Both the position numbers and the translations under genes were made by a program. A stretch of DNA of 38,315 nt from a virus (lineage: Duplodnaviria > Caudoviricetes). The notes beneath the pieces are model-generated. The model did not search any database and was not told the DNA's origin. It saw only the letters and a program-made list of their open reading frames with translations. How positions within the stretch are numbered: position 1 is the first letter of the stretch; every line of letters starts with the position of its first letter. Shown piece after piece: positions 15,404 to 24,281 of this stretch. The stretch lies in the IMG/VR virus record IMGVR_UViG_3300034032_000020, positions 1-38,315 of that record, one strand, 5' to 3'.

Positions 15404-15916
15404 TCAGAACAGGCCGATCGCGGCGCGCTGCGCGGCGAGGCGATCGACGCCGCCGACGCGGAAGACCATGTTGAGGATATCGATCTCGATCTCCTCGACG
15501 CCGTTCCAGGTCAGCTTGTAATAGGTGCAGGGCACCTTGTACTTGAACTCGCCGGCCTCGCCGGCCTTCGACTCGCCCATGTCGATTTCCTCGAGACGGC
15601 CGCGGACGATCGTCTCCACGGAGTCGGGCACGGGTTCGTTGTCGCGCTGGTAGGCGCCGGCGAAGCGATACATCTCGCCGTCGATCGTGCCGCCGAAGCC
15701 GCGGATCACGTCGCGCAGCGGGCCGCCGGAGGTGAACTCGAGATCGAGGTCCTCGCCGGCGCCGAGGTCGATCTTGACGGTGCCGTCCATGCCGCCGCCG
15801 CGCCAGCCCTCGAGCTTGCGGGTGAGCTTGGGAAGGGTGACGCCCGGCACCTCGCCGATGAAGGCGAGGCCGTTGCGGAACAGCATCTGGTTCTTGAGGA
15901 CGCGGGGGAGGCCCAT
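15404..15916 (-). CDS. gpFII: Major tail tube protein FII
   Basis: MGLPRVLKN...VTLPKLTRKLEGWRGGGMDG...GVDRLAAQRAAIGL. Confidence 0.95.
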   Translation of the reverse strand: MGLPRVLKNQMLFRNGLAFIGEVPGVTLPKLTRKLEGWRGGGMDGTVKIDLGAGEDLDLEFTSGGPLRDVIRGFGGTIDGEMYRFAGAYQRDNEPVPDSVETIVRGRLEEIDMGESKAGEAGEFKYKVPCTYYKLTWNGVEEIEIDILNMVFRVGGVDRLAAQRAAIGLF

Positions 15917-15953
15917 GGCTTAGCTCCTGTGTGGATCTGGATGAGGGGGAGGA

Positions 15954-17102
15954 TCAGCGCGCGGCGATCGCCGAGCCGAAATCGGCGAGGTAGCTGTCGG
16001 TGATCCGCTGGGTGAGGCCGAGGTGCTCGAGCGGCGGCACCGGCGTGTAATCGTAGTCGATCGCCAGCTTGCCGGCGCGCAGCGTGGTGGTGGTGTTCTT
16101 CGCCGGGTTGTACCAGGCGCGGCCGCCGATCAGCTCGCCGCGCGCCTTCATCTCGCGGATCTCGTGGTCGATCGTTTCGACCACGTCCTTGGCGAGCGAG
16201 GGGGTGAGCGGCTTGTCGACGGCCCACATCATCCCGTTGGCGATCGTGTCCATCAGCACCTGCGCGGTGCGGGTGGCGCTTTCGAACGCGAAGAGCGGAT
16301 CGTCCGACGTGGTGCGGCTGCCCCAGAAGCGGCGCCCGTTATACTGGATCAAGGTCGTGATCTGGCTGTCGTTCAGCAGGTTGGCCTCGCAAGCGGGATC
16401 CTGCAGGTCGAAGTGGATGTCCTTGGTAAGGCCAACGACGCCGTTCACCGGCACGTTGGAGAGGGTCTTGTGGAAGCCCTGCTCCTGGTCGATACGGGCA
16501 CGAAGGCCGAGGGCTCGCGCGGCGGCGAAGCTGGTGACCAGGCCGCCGCCAGAATAGGCAACGAAGTCCGGGTGGAGCAGCATGAGTTCGCGTGCCGCGA
16601 AGTTGGCGCGGTAGACCTTTGCTTCCGCAACGTCCTCGCCCAGAGCGGCGGCATAGACCATGCCGCGCAGCTTCTGCGCCACCACGACCAAGGCGGTGGT
16701 GACGGCAAGGGTGTCGAGGCCGGGAGCGCCGAGGATGCGCGGCTTGACGCCGAGCTGAACCTCGGCGGCGAGCAGCGCCTGCATGCCGGTCTTCTTGCCT
16801 TCGACCGTGCCGCCGATCACGGCCGCGTCGGTTGCCGCGGCATCGGCGCCGGACGCGACGCGCACCACAACGACGACGGCGTTTGCCTGGTCGGCGATCG
16901 CTTCCAGGGTGCGCCGCAGGGTGCCGGTAGCGCCGGCCTTCTCGATCGCCGCGTCGAGATCGAGGATGACGACGGGGCGATCGAGTGGGAAGAGCAGCTC
17001 GTCAGCCGCCGGGCCGGTGGCCACCAGGCCGATGACGGCCGTCGCGACGGTGACAAGGGCGCGAACCCCTTCGTTGACTTCCGTAACCGTGATTCCGTGC
17101 AT
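15954..17102 (-). CDS. gpFI: Tail sheath protein FI
   Basis: HGITVTEVNEG, KTGMQALL, GVKPRILGAPGLD, HKTLSNVPVNGV, RFWGSRT, IDYDYTPVPPLE. Confidence 0.96.
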   Translation of the reverse strand: MHGITVTEVNEGVRALVTVATAVIGLVATGPAADELLFPLDRPVVILDLDAAIEKAGATGTLRRTLEAIADQANAVVVVVRVASGADAAATDAAVIGGTVEGKKTGMQALLAAEVQLGVKPRILGAPGLDTLAVTTALVVVAQKLRGMVYAAALGEDVAEAKVYRANFAARELMLLHPDFVAYSGGGLVTSFAAARALGLRARIDQEQGFHKTLSNVPVNGVVGLTKDIHFDLQDPACEANLLNDSQITTLIQYNGRRFWGSRTTSDDPLFAFESATRTAQVLMDTIANGMMWAVDKPLTPSLAKDVVETIDHEIREMKARGELIGGRAWYNPAKNTTTTLRAGKLAIDYDYTPVPPLEHLGLTQRITDSYLADFGSAIAAR

Positions 17103-17115
17103 GTGAGGGCCTCCT

Positions 17116-17490
17116 TCAGGCGAATGCGGGATTGGCGAGGCGTGCCCGGAGGGGCACGGTGAGCTTGGTGCGGGCAGCGGCGGGCGCGGTATCGGTGCGC
17201 GTCCCGAAGAGGGTGAGATCGAACGCGCCCGGATCGGCGCCGCGATCGAGGGTCACGCGGGTAAGGCGGAGCCGCGGTTCCCAGCGCATCAGCGCGACGG
17301 CGGTCGCGGCAAAGAGGCGCAGCTGGCCGGCGGGGTTCATGGGCTGGTCGATCAGCTCAGGAAGCAGGGAGCCGTAGTCGCGGAGGCCGACGCGGGTGCC
17401 GACCATCGTCGTCAGAATGTCGGCGACGGACTGGCGGAGGTGGCCCTCGCCGGACAGGGGCTTGCCGGTGGCGGCGTTCATGCCCTTCAT
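17116..17490 (-). CDS. gpW: Baseplate wedge protein gpW (gp25-like)
   Basis: GMNAATGKPLSGEGHLRQSVADILTT...RDYGSLLPELIDQP...ALMRWEPRL; start ATG 17490. Confidence 0.93.
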   Translation of the reverse strand: MKGMNAATGKPLSGEGHLRQSVADILTTMVGTRVGLRDYGSLLPELIDQPMNPAGQLRLFAATAVALMRWEPRLRLTRVTLDRGADPGAFDLTLFGTRTDTAPAAARTKLTVPLRARLANPAFA

Positions 17491-17858
17491 TCGGCGTCCC
17501 CCTGCAGGGCGATTTCGCAGTTGCCGATCGCGGCCGCCTTTGCGCCGATCGCCGCCTCGAGCATCGCGGCCTCGGCCGCCAGGGCGGCGAGCTGCGCGGC
17601 GTAAAGCTCGATCGGGCGAACATAGGGCTTGAGGACCGCGTTGATGTAGTCCGTGATCCAGGTGACAATCTTGGCGAGGTTCGCATCGGGCGCAGCCAGC
17701 AAGGCGAGGACCGGCTGCAGATCGGCGAGGCGCGCGGCGATGTCCCCCTGAACGCCGGCGATAGAGCCGAGCATTGCGGCCGCATCCTGCAGGTCCGGGC
17801 ACGTCGTGACGGCATCGATCCGGGCGCGGGCGGCGGTGAAGAACTTAGCGTCGATCAT
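17487..17858 (-). CDS. Hypothetical alpha-helical protein between gpV and gpW
   Basis: TGATG and ATGA overlaps at the two ends; 123 aa from MIDAKFF. Confidence 0.75.
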   Translation of the reverse strand: MIDAKFFTAARARIDAVTTCPDLQDAAAMLGSIAGVQGDIAARLADLQPVLALLAAPDANLAKIVTWITDYINAVLKPYVRPIELYAAQLAALAAEAAMLEAAIGAKAAAIGNCEIALQGDAE

Positions 17859-18409
17859 CAGTCGATCGCCGTCACGATGCCGTCCTGGACGATGACGACC
17901 TGGCCGGTGGGGGTGGTGAAGGTGCCGCTGGCGCCGTTGCCGGCGCTGAGGTTGTCGCTGAAGCGCGCGCTGCCTTTGAAGCGCAGCCCACCCGCAGCCT
18001 CGATCGACACGCCGGCTTCCGCCTTGATCACGACCCGGGCGTTGGCGGGAAGCGCCAGCTCGAGGAGGTTCGCCTCGGCGTCGTAGGAGATTTCGCCGGT
18101 GTCGCCGAAGCGCACCAGGTCGAGGCCGGCGCGGTTGCCGGGTGCGGGGTTTGCATCCGAGTAGAGGGCGGGGCCGAGGACGGCGGCCGTAAGGTCGGCC
18201 TCCGGACAGAAGAGGAGGCGCTGCTCGCCGACCGTGACGGGGGACCAGACGCTGGTCTTGCCGGCGCGGCCGACGCCGAACGGCACGTCGCCGGTGACGG
18301 CCTCGCCGACATCGAGGCGGCAAGTGCAGCCCTCAAGGTCTACGCTTACGACGACGCCGATCCGGATCAGCTCGCCGATCATGCGCTGGATGTCGGCAGG
18401 ATCGCTCAT
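17858..18409 (-). CDS. gpV: Baseplate spike protein gpV
   Basis: LIRIGVVVSVDL...RAGKTSVWSPVTVGEQRLLFCP...LYSDANPAP. Confidence 0.92.
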   Translation of the reverse strand: MSDPADIQRMIGELIRIGVVVSVDLEGCTCRLDVGEAVTGDVPFGVGRAGKTSVWSPVTVGEQRLLFCPEADLTAAVLGPALYSDANPAPGNRAGLDLVRFGDTGEISYDAEANLLELALPANARVVIKAEAGVSIEAAGGLRFKGSARFSDNLSAGNGASGTFTTPTGQVVIVQDGIVTAID

Positions 18410-18456
18410 AGCGTGGGACATTGACGGGGGCGGCGGCAAGGGGGGAGCGGCGGCTG

Positions 18457-18477
18457 TTGTAGAGTTTGTCTCTACAA
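18457..18477. promoter_or_regulatory. Late-promoter activator site TTGTAGAG-N5-CTCTACAA upstream of V
   Basis: Perfect palindrome arms, repeated at 24195 and 31516. Confidence 0.85.
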
Positions 18478-18505
18478 GCGGCCGCCGCTCCGCTTGGCTA
18501 AGCGG

Positions 18506-20410
18506 TCAGGCGATCCGCTCGACCGTCAGCTCGGCGCCCGCAAGCAGGGTTTGGTTGCTCCCCTGAAGCATGAACGGCACGCTGGCATCCTTTCCGACGA
18601 TCGTAATGTCGATCTCAAAACGACGGACCTGATTCGGCGAGCCGATATCGACCGCAACGGCGTGGGTGGGGTAGCTCGCCATGGTGCCGTCAGCCTTTTC
18701 GATCCTCCAATCGCCGTATGTCAGCGCGTCCGGCAGGCCCGATGAAGCATCGAGATAAAGGCCGACATTCGCCCCGGTGTTGCTTCGCACGTTTCCTCGG
18801 AATGTGACCCGGTAAACGTGGTTCAGCGCGGCATGAAACTGCGCAGCCTGCGACTGCCCGTAGCCTGCGACCCGCGTGTCCCCGGTTGGCGGCGAGGTAT
18901 ATTCGGGGAAAACAACGCGGCCGACCCTGCCCAACGTGAGGACGTTGAGCGGGCTGACATTGATGAACTGAGCGTCTGGAGAGGCGTAGGCGCCGCCTCT
19001 CACAGGGGTGAATTGAACGCCTGGCGGCGTCACTTTTACCGAGCCGCCGATCATGCGAACATTGTTATAGGGGCCGTACAGCCCTCCAGATTTATTCAGA
19101 TCGGCGCTGTACTTTACCTCTACGTCCGTATTGACTGCTACCAGGCTGGCGTCCGGCTGAACCTCAAATCCTTCAACGCCGCCTGTGGCAATCTCGCAAT
19201 CCCTCATGCGGATGTTGCCTTTGGTGATCAGGCCCAGGACGCCGGCCACCTCGTTGTTCACCGCGCATCCGTCGAAATAGATGCGCCCGATCTGCCCGTT
19301 GTAGACAAAGACGTGGAAGGCGAACTTGTTCTCCGTCATCACTGCACGACAGTTTTCGTAGCGGATATCATCGATCAACCCGCCCAGGGGATCGCCGTTG
19401 ATGTCGTTGCCGACGATCAGGAACGGGATGCCCTTGCCAGTGTGGGTGCAGTTGCGGAAAGTGATGCGCCGCGAGCCGAGCAAGGGATGCCACACCGCTT
19501 CCACGCCGGAGGGGTTGTTCCCGGCGCCATCGCCGGAATCGATGGTATCGAAAGTGATGTCGTACGCTTGCGTGGCCTCGCAATGGACATTGGCATTGTA
19601 CGATCCGCAATCGCGGAACGCGCCTAAGCGGGAGTATTCCTGCGCCCAGAAATTATAGTGGGCGTTGTACATATTAACCCGCTCCACCTCGAAGAACGTA
19701 GCCTGGCGCATCCAGATGCCCTGGATGCTATCGTTTGCAACATAATCGAAGTCGCTGATCCGCACCCCGATCGCGCCCGGCACGGTCCTGATAGATACGC
19801 CGTCGTTGACGTTGCCGGTTCTGATCAGACGCGTGAGGCCTCGGCCGGCCCCCTTAAGATGCTTGCCGCTCGGCACATGGATGCCGGTATCAACGCGGAT
19901 GTTGCCCGCAGGGAGGTGAACCGTGCCGACCGCAGGATCGGCAAGAGCGGCGTTGATCGCAATCGCATTGTCCGCCGCCGGATCGGCGACAATGACCCGT
20001 CCGAGCCGATCGAGAGCGGCCTTGCTTGGGAAGGTGCCGACCAGTTCGGGAGCGCCGGCGGCCTTGAGATAGGCCGTTGCGTAGACGTCGCCGGTGCCAC
20101 GAACGGCGAAGGGCTGGCCTTCCGCCGTTGCGGCGAGGCCGGCGTTCACTGTGGCGTAGAGATGCCCGTTGAGGAGCGCGGTCGTGGCACCAAGCTGGGC
20201 GCGATCGGCCGCAGCAGCCGCGGCGCTGCGTGCGCTCTCCGCAAGATCAGCCTGCGTTTTGGCGGCGACGTTGCCCGCTGTGGAGCCGGCGGCCGAGGCG
20301 GACTGCAGAAGGGTAGCGACGAAGAGGCGCCTGGTCTGGCCTGCCTGGACGATCGGCAGTGCTTCGGTGCCGACCAGCGCGGCCGCAAGCGGGGCGGTGG
20401 TGATCTTCAT
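18506..20410 (-). CDS. Tailspike / polysaccharide depolymerase (parallel beta-helix, pectate-lyase-like)
   Basis: DNAIAINAAL...GTVHLPAGNIRVDTGIHVPSGKHLKGAGRGLTRL beta-helix cap, repeated ITFRNC/IRYENC strands, N-terminal virion-anchor motifs. Confidence 0.82.
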   Translation of the reverse strand: MKITTAPLAAALVGTEALPIVQAGQTRRLFVATLLQSASAAGSTAGNVAAKTQADLAESARSAAAAAADRAQLGATTALLNGHLYATVNAGLAATAEGQPFAVRGTGDVYATAYLKAAGAPELVGTFPSKAALDRLGRVIVADPAADNAIAINAALADPAVGTVHLPAGNIRVDTGIHVPSGKHLKGAGRGLTRLIRTGNVNDGVSIRTVPGAIGVRISDFDYVANDSIQGIWMRQATFFEVERVNMYNAHYNFWAQEYSRLGAFRDCGSYNANVHCEATQAYDITFDTIDSGDGAGNNPSGVEAVWHPLLGSRRITFRNCTHTGKGIPFLIVGNDINGDPLGGLIDDIRYENCRAVMTENKFAFHVFVYNGQIGRIYFDGCAVNNEVAGVLGLITKGNIRMRDCEIATGGVEGFEVQPDASLVAVNTDVEVKYSADLNKSGGLYGPYNNVRMIGGSVKVTPPGVQFTPVRGGAYASPDAQFINVSPLNVLTLGRVGRVVFPEYTSPPTGDTRVAGYGQSQAAQFHAALNHVYRVTFRGNVRSNTGANVGLYLDASSGLPDALTYGDWRIEKADGTMASYPTHAVAVDIGSPNQVRRFEIDITIVGKDASVPFMLQGSNQTLLAGAELTVERIA

Positions 20411-20415
20411 TGGCG

Positions 20416-20904
20416 TCAGCTCCAGTGTGCGTCGCCGGCGGCGTCGAAGCCGTCGAGCTGCTCGGGGGTGAAGGCGGCGATCGCCGCCTCGAGTTCGTTG
20501 GACCGGGCGCGCAGCGCATCGATGCGCTCGCGCCGCTCGATCGCCGGCATGAAGTCGACCTTGGTGTCGCCCAGGACTGCCTGATCCAGTGCCGCCTGGG
20601 CCATGGCGGCCGCGTCGTTGGCTTGGCGAGTGAGGCTCGCAACGGCGAGGATCCTGCGTCCCGCCTCCTGCTTCACCGCAGCGATCGCGCCGGCGCGGCG
20701 GGCCGCAATGTTCGTGCTGGGCCAGCGAAGCCGCGGCTTGCCGTCGTCGCCGGCGTAGATCGTGGCGCCCTCCCCTTGCGCGGCGAGGAGCTGGCGGTGC
20801 TTGCGCTCGGTGAGGGGGACAGCGCCGTCGGGAATAGCGCCCTTGTGCGTCCTCGATCCGTAGAAGCCGCCCGAGGCGGGGCAGAAGAATAGCTGCTGCG
20901 CCAT
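20416..20904 (-). CDS. gpG: Tail fibre assembly chaperone (gpG-like)
   Basis: FFCPASGGFY...IPDGAVPLT...LLAAQGEGATIYAGDDGKPRL; start ATG 20904. Confidence 0.8.
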   Translation of the reverse strand: MAQQLFFCPASGGFYGSRTHKGAIPDGAVPLTERKHRQLLAAQGEGATIYAGDDGKPRLRWPSTNIAARRAGAIAAVKQEAGRRILAVASLTRQANDAAAMAQAALDQAVLGDTKVDFMPAIERRERIDALRARSNELEAAIAAFTPEQLDGFDAAGDAHWS

Positions 20905-20906
20905 GA

Positions 20907-22604
20907 TCAGTACCCGATCGCGAAGAAGGTGAAGCTCGTCGTGCCGTCGAGCGAGTTGAAAATGCTGAGGCTGGCGGTGGAGCGCCCGCTTACCCAAGGG
21001 CCGTTGTGCGAGGCGTCGTTGTCCGGGTTGCCGCCCGATGCGACCGCGAAGAAGCAGGCGTTGGGGAAGGTGAGCGGAAGGGTGACGCTGCTCGCGCCGT
21101 TGCCGATCGCCGATCCCGATCCCCACTGCAGGATGATCGGCGTGAAGGGGATCTGGACGTAGCCGGCGGCAACGACGCTCCGGATGAAGCTCCAGGCGCC
21201 GAGCGGCGTGATCGCCTTGGTGTCGACGGTGCCGGCGAGGATCTCGGCGCTGCTCGCCTTGGGCACGTCGATCGTGCGGTTCGACGCCAGGCTGCCGCCG
21301 CCGGTGGCGAGCCCGGTGGCAGTGATCGTGCGGCCGAAAAGCGTGTTAAGGTTCGCGATAAAGCCGGAAAGGCTGAACGGAGTGACGACCTTAGTGTCGT
21401 CGGTGCCGGCGTTCGTCTCGGCGGCGGTTGCCTTGGGCACCGTGATCGTGCGGTCGGCCGAGAGATCGCCGCCACCCGTAGCGAGGCCCGCGACAAGGAT
21501 CTGGCGGGTCTTCGGTACGGCATTGTTTGCGGTGGCACCGAGGCCCTGCAGTGCATAAGGCGTGACGGCCTTAGTGTCGTCGGTCCCAGCAGTGACTTCA
21601 GCTTGGCTGGCCTTGGGGACCGTAATGGTCCGGTCGCCGGTGAGATCGCCGCCGCCGGTGGCGAGGCCGCCGGTGCCGATGACGCGGGTGCGAAGCGCCC
21701 TGGCGGTGATGCTGGACAGCACGTTGATGAGGCTCGCGGGCGTTACCGCCTTGACGGCGAGCAAGCCGGCGTCAGTTTCGGCCGCCGTCGCCGCCGGTAC
21801 CGTGATGGTCCGGTCGGCACCCAGATCGCCGCCGCCGGTGGCGAGGCCGCCGGTTTGGATATTGCGGCCGAGCAGCGCCGCAATCTTTGCAAGCACGTTG
21901 GCAAGGCCGGCAGGCGTCACTGCCTTCGTCGCGAGCGCGCCGGCGTCCGTCTCGGCCGCGCTCGCCGCCGGCACGGTGACCGTCCGATCGGCCGTGAGAT
22001 CGCCCCCGCCGGTGGCGAGGCCGCCGGTGAGAATCTGGCGCGTGTTGCTCAGCCGGTCGCCCAACGCCTGAAGCAGGCGGGCGGCCAGCGTCTGCGGGGT
22101 AACGATGCGCTGCGCGTCGACGCCGGCGTCGACCTCCGCCTGCGTGGCGATCTCCGCGACGCCTTTTTCGGTGGTGGTGGCGGGCGGGTAGAGGAAGCCG
22201 GTTGCGCCGAAGGTGATGTTTGCGACCAGTGCCTCAAGGAACTTGATGTCACAAGCGAGCAGCATCGCCGCGGCTGATGCTTTCTCCACGATCGGCTCGG
22301 CCTGGCCGTAGACGCCGAACAGGCGTCCGTCGGCGAGGAAAAGGCCGAAGCCGCGGACGTCGTAGGTGTCACTGCTCGAATCGGTAACGGTGAGGTGAAC
22401 CAGGTCGGTGCCGACCTGCTTGCCGGACAGCTCCTCGATGCGCTTGAACTCGCCGGGCAGGGCCGTGAGCGTGGGCGACATCACGAAGGTCGCGCTGGTC
22501 AGCCCGATCGAGGCGATGGCGAGATCGATGTCCTGGGAAAGCTGGGCGGCAGTGAACGCCTCCCACCCTTCGTGCGTGAGGAGGAGCGGAAGGGCGAACA
22601 TCAA
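20907..22604 (-). CDS. gpH: Tail fibre protein (gpH-like) with five internal repeats
   Basis: P2-type N-terminus (YDVRGFGLFLADGRLFGVY), PPATTTEKGVAEIATQAEV, C-terminal IILQWG...TLPLTFPNAC domain. Confidence 0.88.
   Translation of the reverse strand: MMFALPLLLTHEGWEAFTAAQLSQDIDLAIASIGLTSATFVMSPTLTALPGEFKRIEELSGKQVGTDLVHLTVTDSSSDTYDVRGFGLFLADGRLFGVYGQAEPIVEKASAAAMLLACDIKFLEALVANITFGATGFLYPPATTTEKGVAEIATQAEVDAGVDAQRIVTPQTLAARLLQALGDRLSNTRQILTGGLATGGGDLTADRTVTVPAASAAETDAGALATKAVTPAGLANVLAKIAALLGRNIQTGGLATGGGDLGADRTITVPAATAAETDAGLLAVKAVTPASLINVLSSITARALRTRVIGTGGLATGGGDLTGDRTITVPKASQAEVTAGTDDTKAVTPYALQGLGATANNAVPKTRQILVAGLATGGGDLSADRTITVPKATAAETNAGTDDTKVVTPFSLSGFIANLNTLFGRTITATGLATGGGSLASNRTIDVPKASSAEILAGTVDTKAITPLGAWSFIRSVVAAGYVQIPFTPIILQWGSGSAIGNGASSVTLPLTFPNACFFAVASGGNPDNDASHNGPWVSGRSTASLSIFNSLDGTTSFTFFAIGY
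21190..22045 (-). repeat. Five ~174-180-bp tandem coding repeats in the tail fibre
   Basis: TGGLATGGGDLxxDRTITVPxAxxAExxAGxxxxKAVTP repeated five times. Confidence 0.9.
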
Positions 22605-23260
22605 ATAACCTCCAGGAAATTGCCGGCGTCGTCCTGAAGCGGCTCGCCGTCCTCGCTGAGCAGGAGGGACAGCCAGGCGGGATCGGGATCGGGGGCGGCC
22701 GCGGCATCGATGCGCAGGAAGACGCCCGTTTGTGAGACGGCGGCGAGGCCGATCGCGGTGGAAACGGCGATGCTCTGGACAAGCTCGAAGTGCTGGGAGA
22801 GGCGCTTCACCCGGGCGACGTCGCGGATGATCGCCTCGGCAAAGGCGGCGCGCGAGCGAGGACCGCCGGGTGCCGTCCCTTCGGGCGTCACCATCGGGAG
22901 CAGGATCTCGAAGGTATGGGGCGCGCCGCGGGGCGTCGTCTCATGCCACTCCACGAGCCGGGCAAGATCATCGAAGCTGGCGAGGACCGCCTCGACGGCC
23001 GCCGGCGTGCCCTTGGTGCGGTGAAGCTCGATCGAGGTGGCCACCGCGTGGCGCTTGCGTGCTTCCGACCAGTCCGAATCCCACCGGTCGACCGAGAGCC
23101 CCCAGGCGAGCCAGGGCAGAAGCCATGCCTCGCAAGCATAGGGGTCCCACAGTTCGCGAAGGGGAACCGGGACGTCGTCCACACGCGCGGCCGCAAGCTC
23201 TACGTTGCGCTCGAGCCTGGTCGCATTGGGCGGAAGCAGGGAGGTACGATCAGCCGGCAT
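22601..23260 (-). CDS. gpI: Baseplate/tail protein gpI
   Basis: SLLPPNATRLE...LWDPYAC...LPWLAWGLSVDRWD...HRTKGTPAAV; start ATG 23260. Confidence 0.93.
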   Translation of the reverse strand: MPADRTSLLPPNATRLERNVELAAARVDDVPVPLRELWDPYACEAWLLPWLAWGLSVDRWDSDWSEARKRHAVATSIELHRTKGTPAAVEAVLASFDDLARLVEWHETTPRGAPHTFEILLPMVTPEGTAPGGPRSRAAFAEAIIRDVARVKRLSQHFELVQSIAVSTAIGLAAVSQTGVFLRIDAAAAPDPDPAWLSLLLSEDGEPLQDDAGNFLEVI

Positions 23261-24149
23261 AGCCGCCATGGCCGATGTCGATTGCGGTGCAGTGGCCGGC
23301 CTGCAGGAGGGAGCAGAGGACGTCGGCCGCGGGCGACGGCAGGGCCACGTTCTGGACGCCGGCCACGAAAAGCGCGGCGGTGATGCCGGCGACGGTGATG
23401 TCGCGGCCGAGCTTGCGATTCTCCGCAAGGTAGGTCTCGACCCGCGCCCGGGCGGCGGTCAGGACCAGCTCGGTATCGGGCCCGGCGTAGGTGTAGAGGG
23501 TCGCCTCGACAGCGAAGGGAATGATCTGGGCCGACGCGACGGTTACGGCATCGCCAAGCGGCCGCACCGGTTTGGAGAGCGCGGCCTGAACCTTGGCGAG
23601 GAGTGGCGCCGGAGCGGCGCCGTTGCCTGCCCGCGCGAGGACCGTGACGACGACCTCACCCGGCGCCGGGCTGACGGCGCTCGCGTCGGCGACGGCGGCG
23701 TCGGCCGAAGCGGCGTGAAAGATATAGGCTTGCTCCGGACCGGCGACCGAATAGCTTTCCGGCGCCAGGACGATCCGTTCGCGCAGCGCGTCGTCGGCCT
23801 CCATCGTCGGGGCGATGCCCTGCTCCGCGTCGCCGGGATCGATGACGAGACGGCCGACGCCGAAGAGGACGCCAAGATGATCCAGGTTAGCGCCGGTTGC
23901 GAAGGCGACGAGAAGCTGACGCGCGCGGTCGTTGAACGTCTGGCGCAGGAGGAGTTCGCGATAGGCGAAGACCTCCGCCTGCTTCACCAGCGGGTCCGAC
24001 TCGACGGTGACATCGATCGAAGGATCCCGCGCCCTCAGGTCAGCCAGCAGCTCCGCGCGGATCTCGGCGTAGGAAAGCGGCTCGATGATCGTCGGCGGCG
24101 GCAGGCGCGACAGATCTACGGCCGTGGACGTGGAGGCATAGTCGGGCAT
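23250..24149 (-). CDS. gpJ: Baseplate J protein
   Basis: VDLSRLPPPTIIE, ESDPLVK, YSVAGPEQAYIFHA, SPAPGEVVVTVL, VRPLGDAVTV. Confidence 0.95.
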   Translation of the reverse strand: MPDYASTSTAVDLSRLPPPTIIEPLSYAEIRAELLADLRARDPSIDVTVESDPLVKQAEVFAYRELLLRQTFNDRARQLLVAFATGANLDHLGVLFGVGRLVIDPGDAEQGIAPTMEADDALRERIVLAPESYSVAGPEQAYIFHAASADAAVADASAVSPAPGEVVVTVLARAGNGAAPAPLLAKVQAALSKPVRPLGDAVTVASAQIIPFAVEATLYTYAGPDTELVLTAARARVETYLAENRKLGRDITVAGITAALFVAGVQNVALPSPAADVLCSLLQAGHCTAIDIGHGGYAG

Positions 24150-24194
24150 GCCGGCATGTCGGCGCGGCCCACGCTCCGGCGCCAGCGCCGGGGC

Positions 24195-24215
24195 TTGTAG
24201 AGTAAGTCTCTACAA
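24195..24215. promoter_or_regulatory. Late-promoter activator site TTGTAGAG-N5-CTCTACAA upstream of J
   Basis: Second perfect copy of the palindrome. Confidence 0.85.
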
Positions 24216-24281
24216 CAGCCGCTCATTCCTGTGGTAGACGGCGGCAGGCGCGGCAGGACCGGGCCGCCTTGGAGGTTCGGC

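Noticed and set aside
20907-22604. Diversity-generating retroelement or invertible tail fibre
   Set aside because: No reverse transcriptase, no TR/VR pair with adenine-specific mismatches, no invertase; the repeats are ordinary in-frame coding repeats
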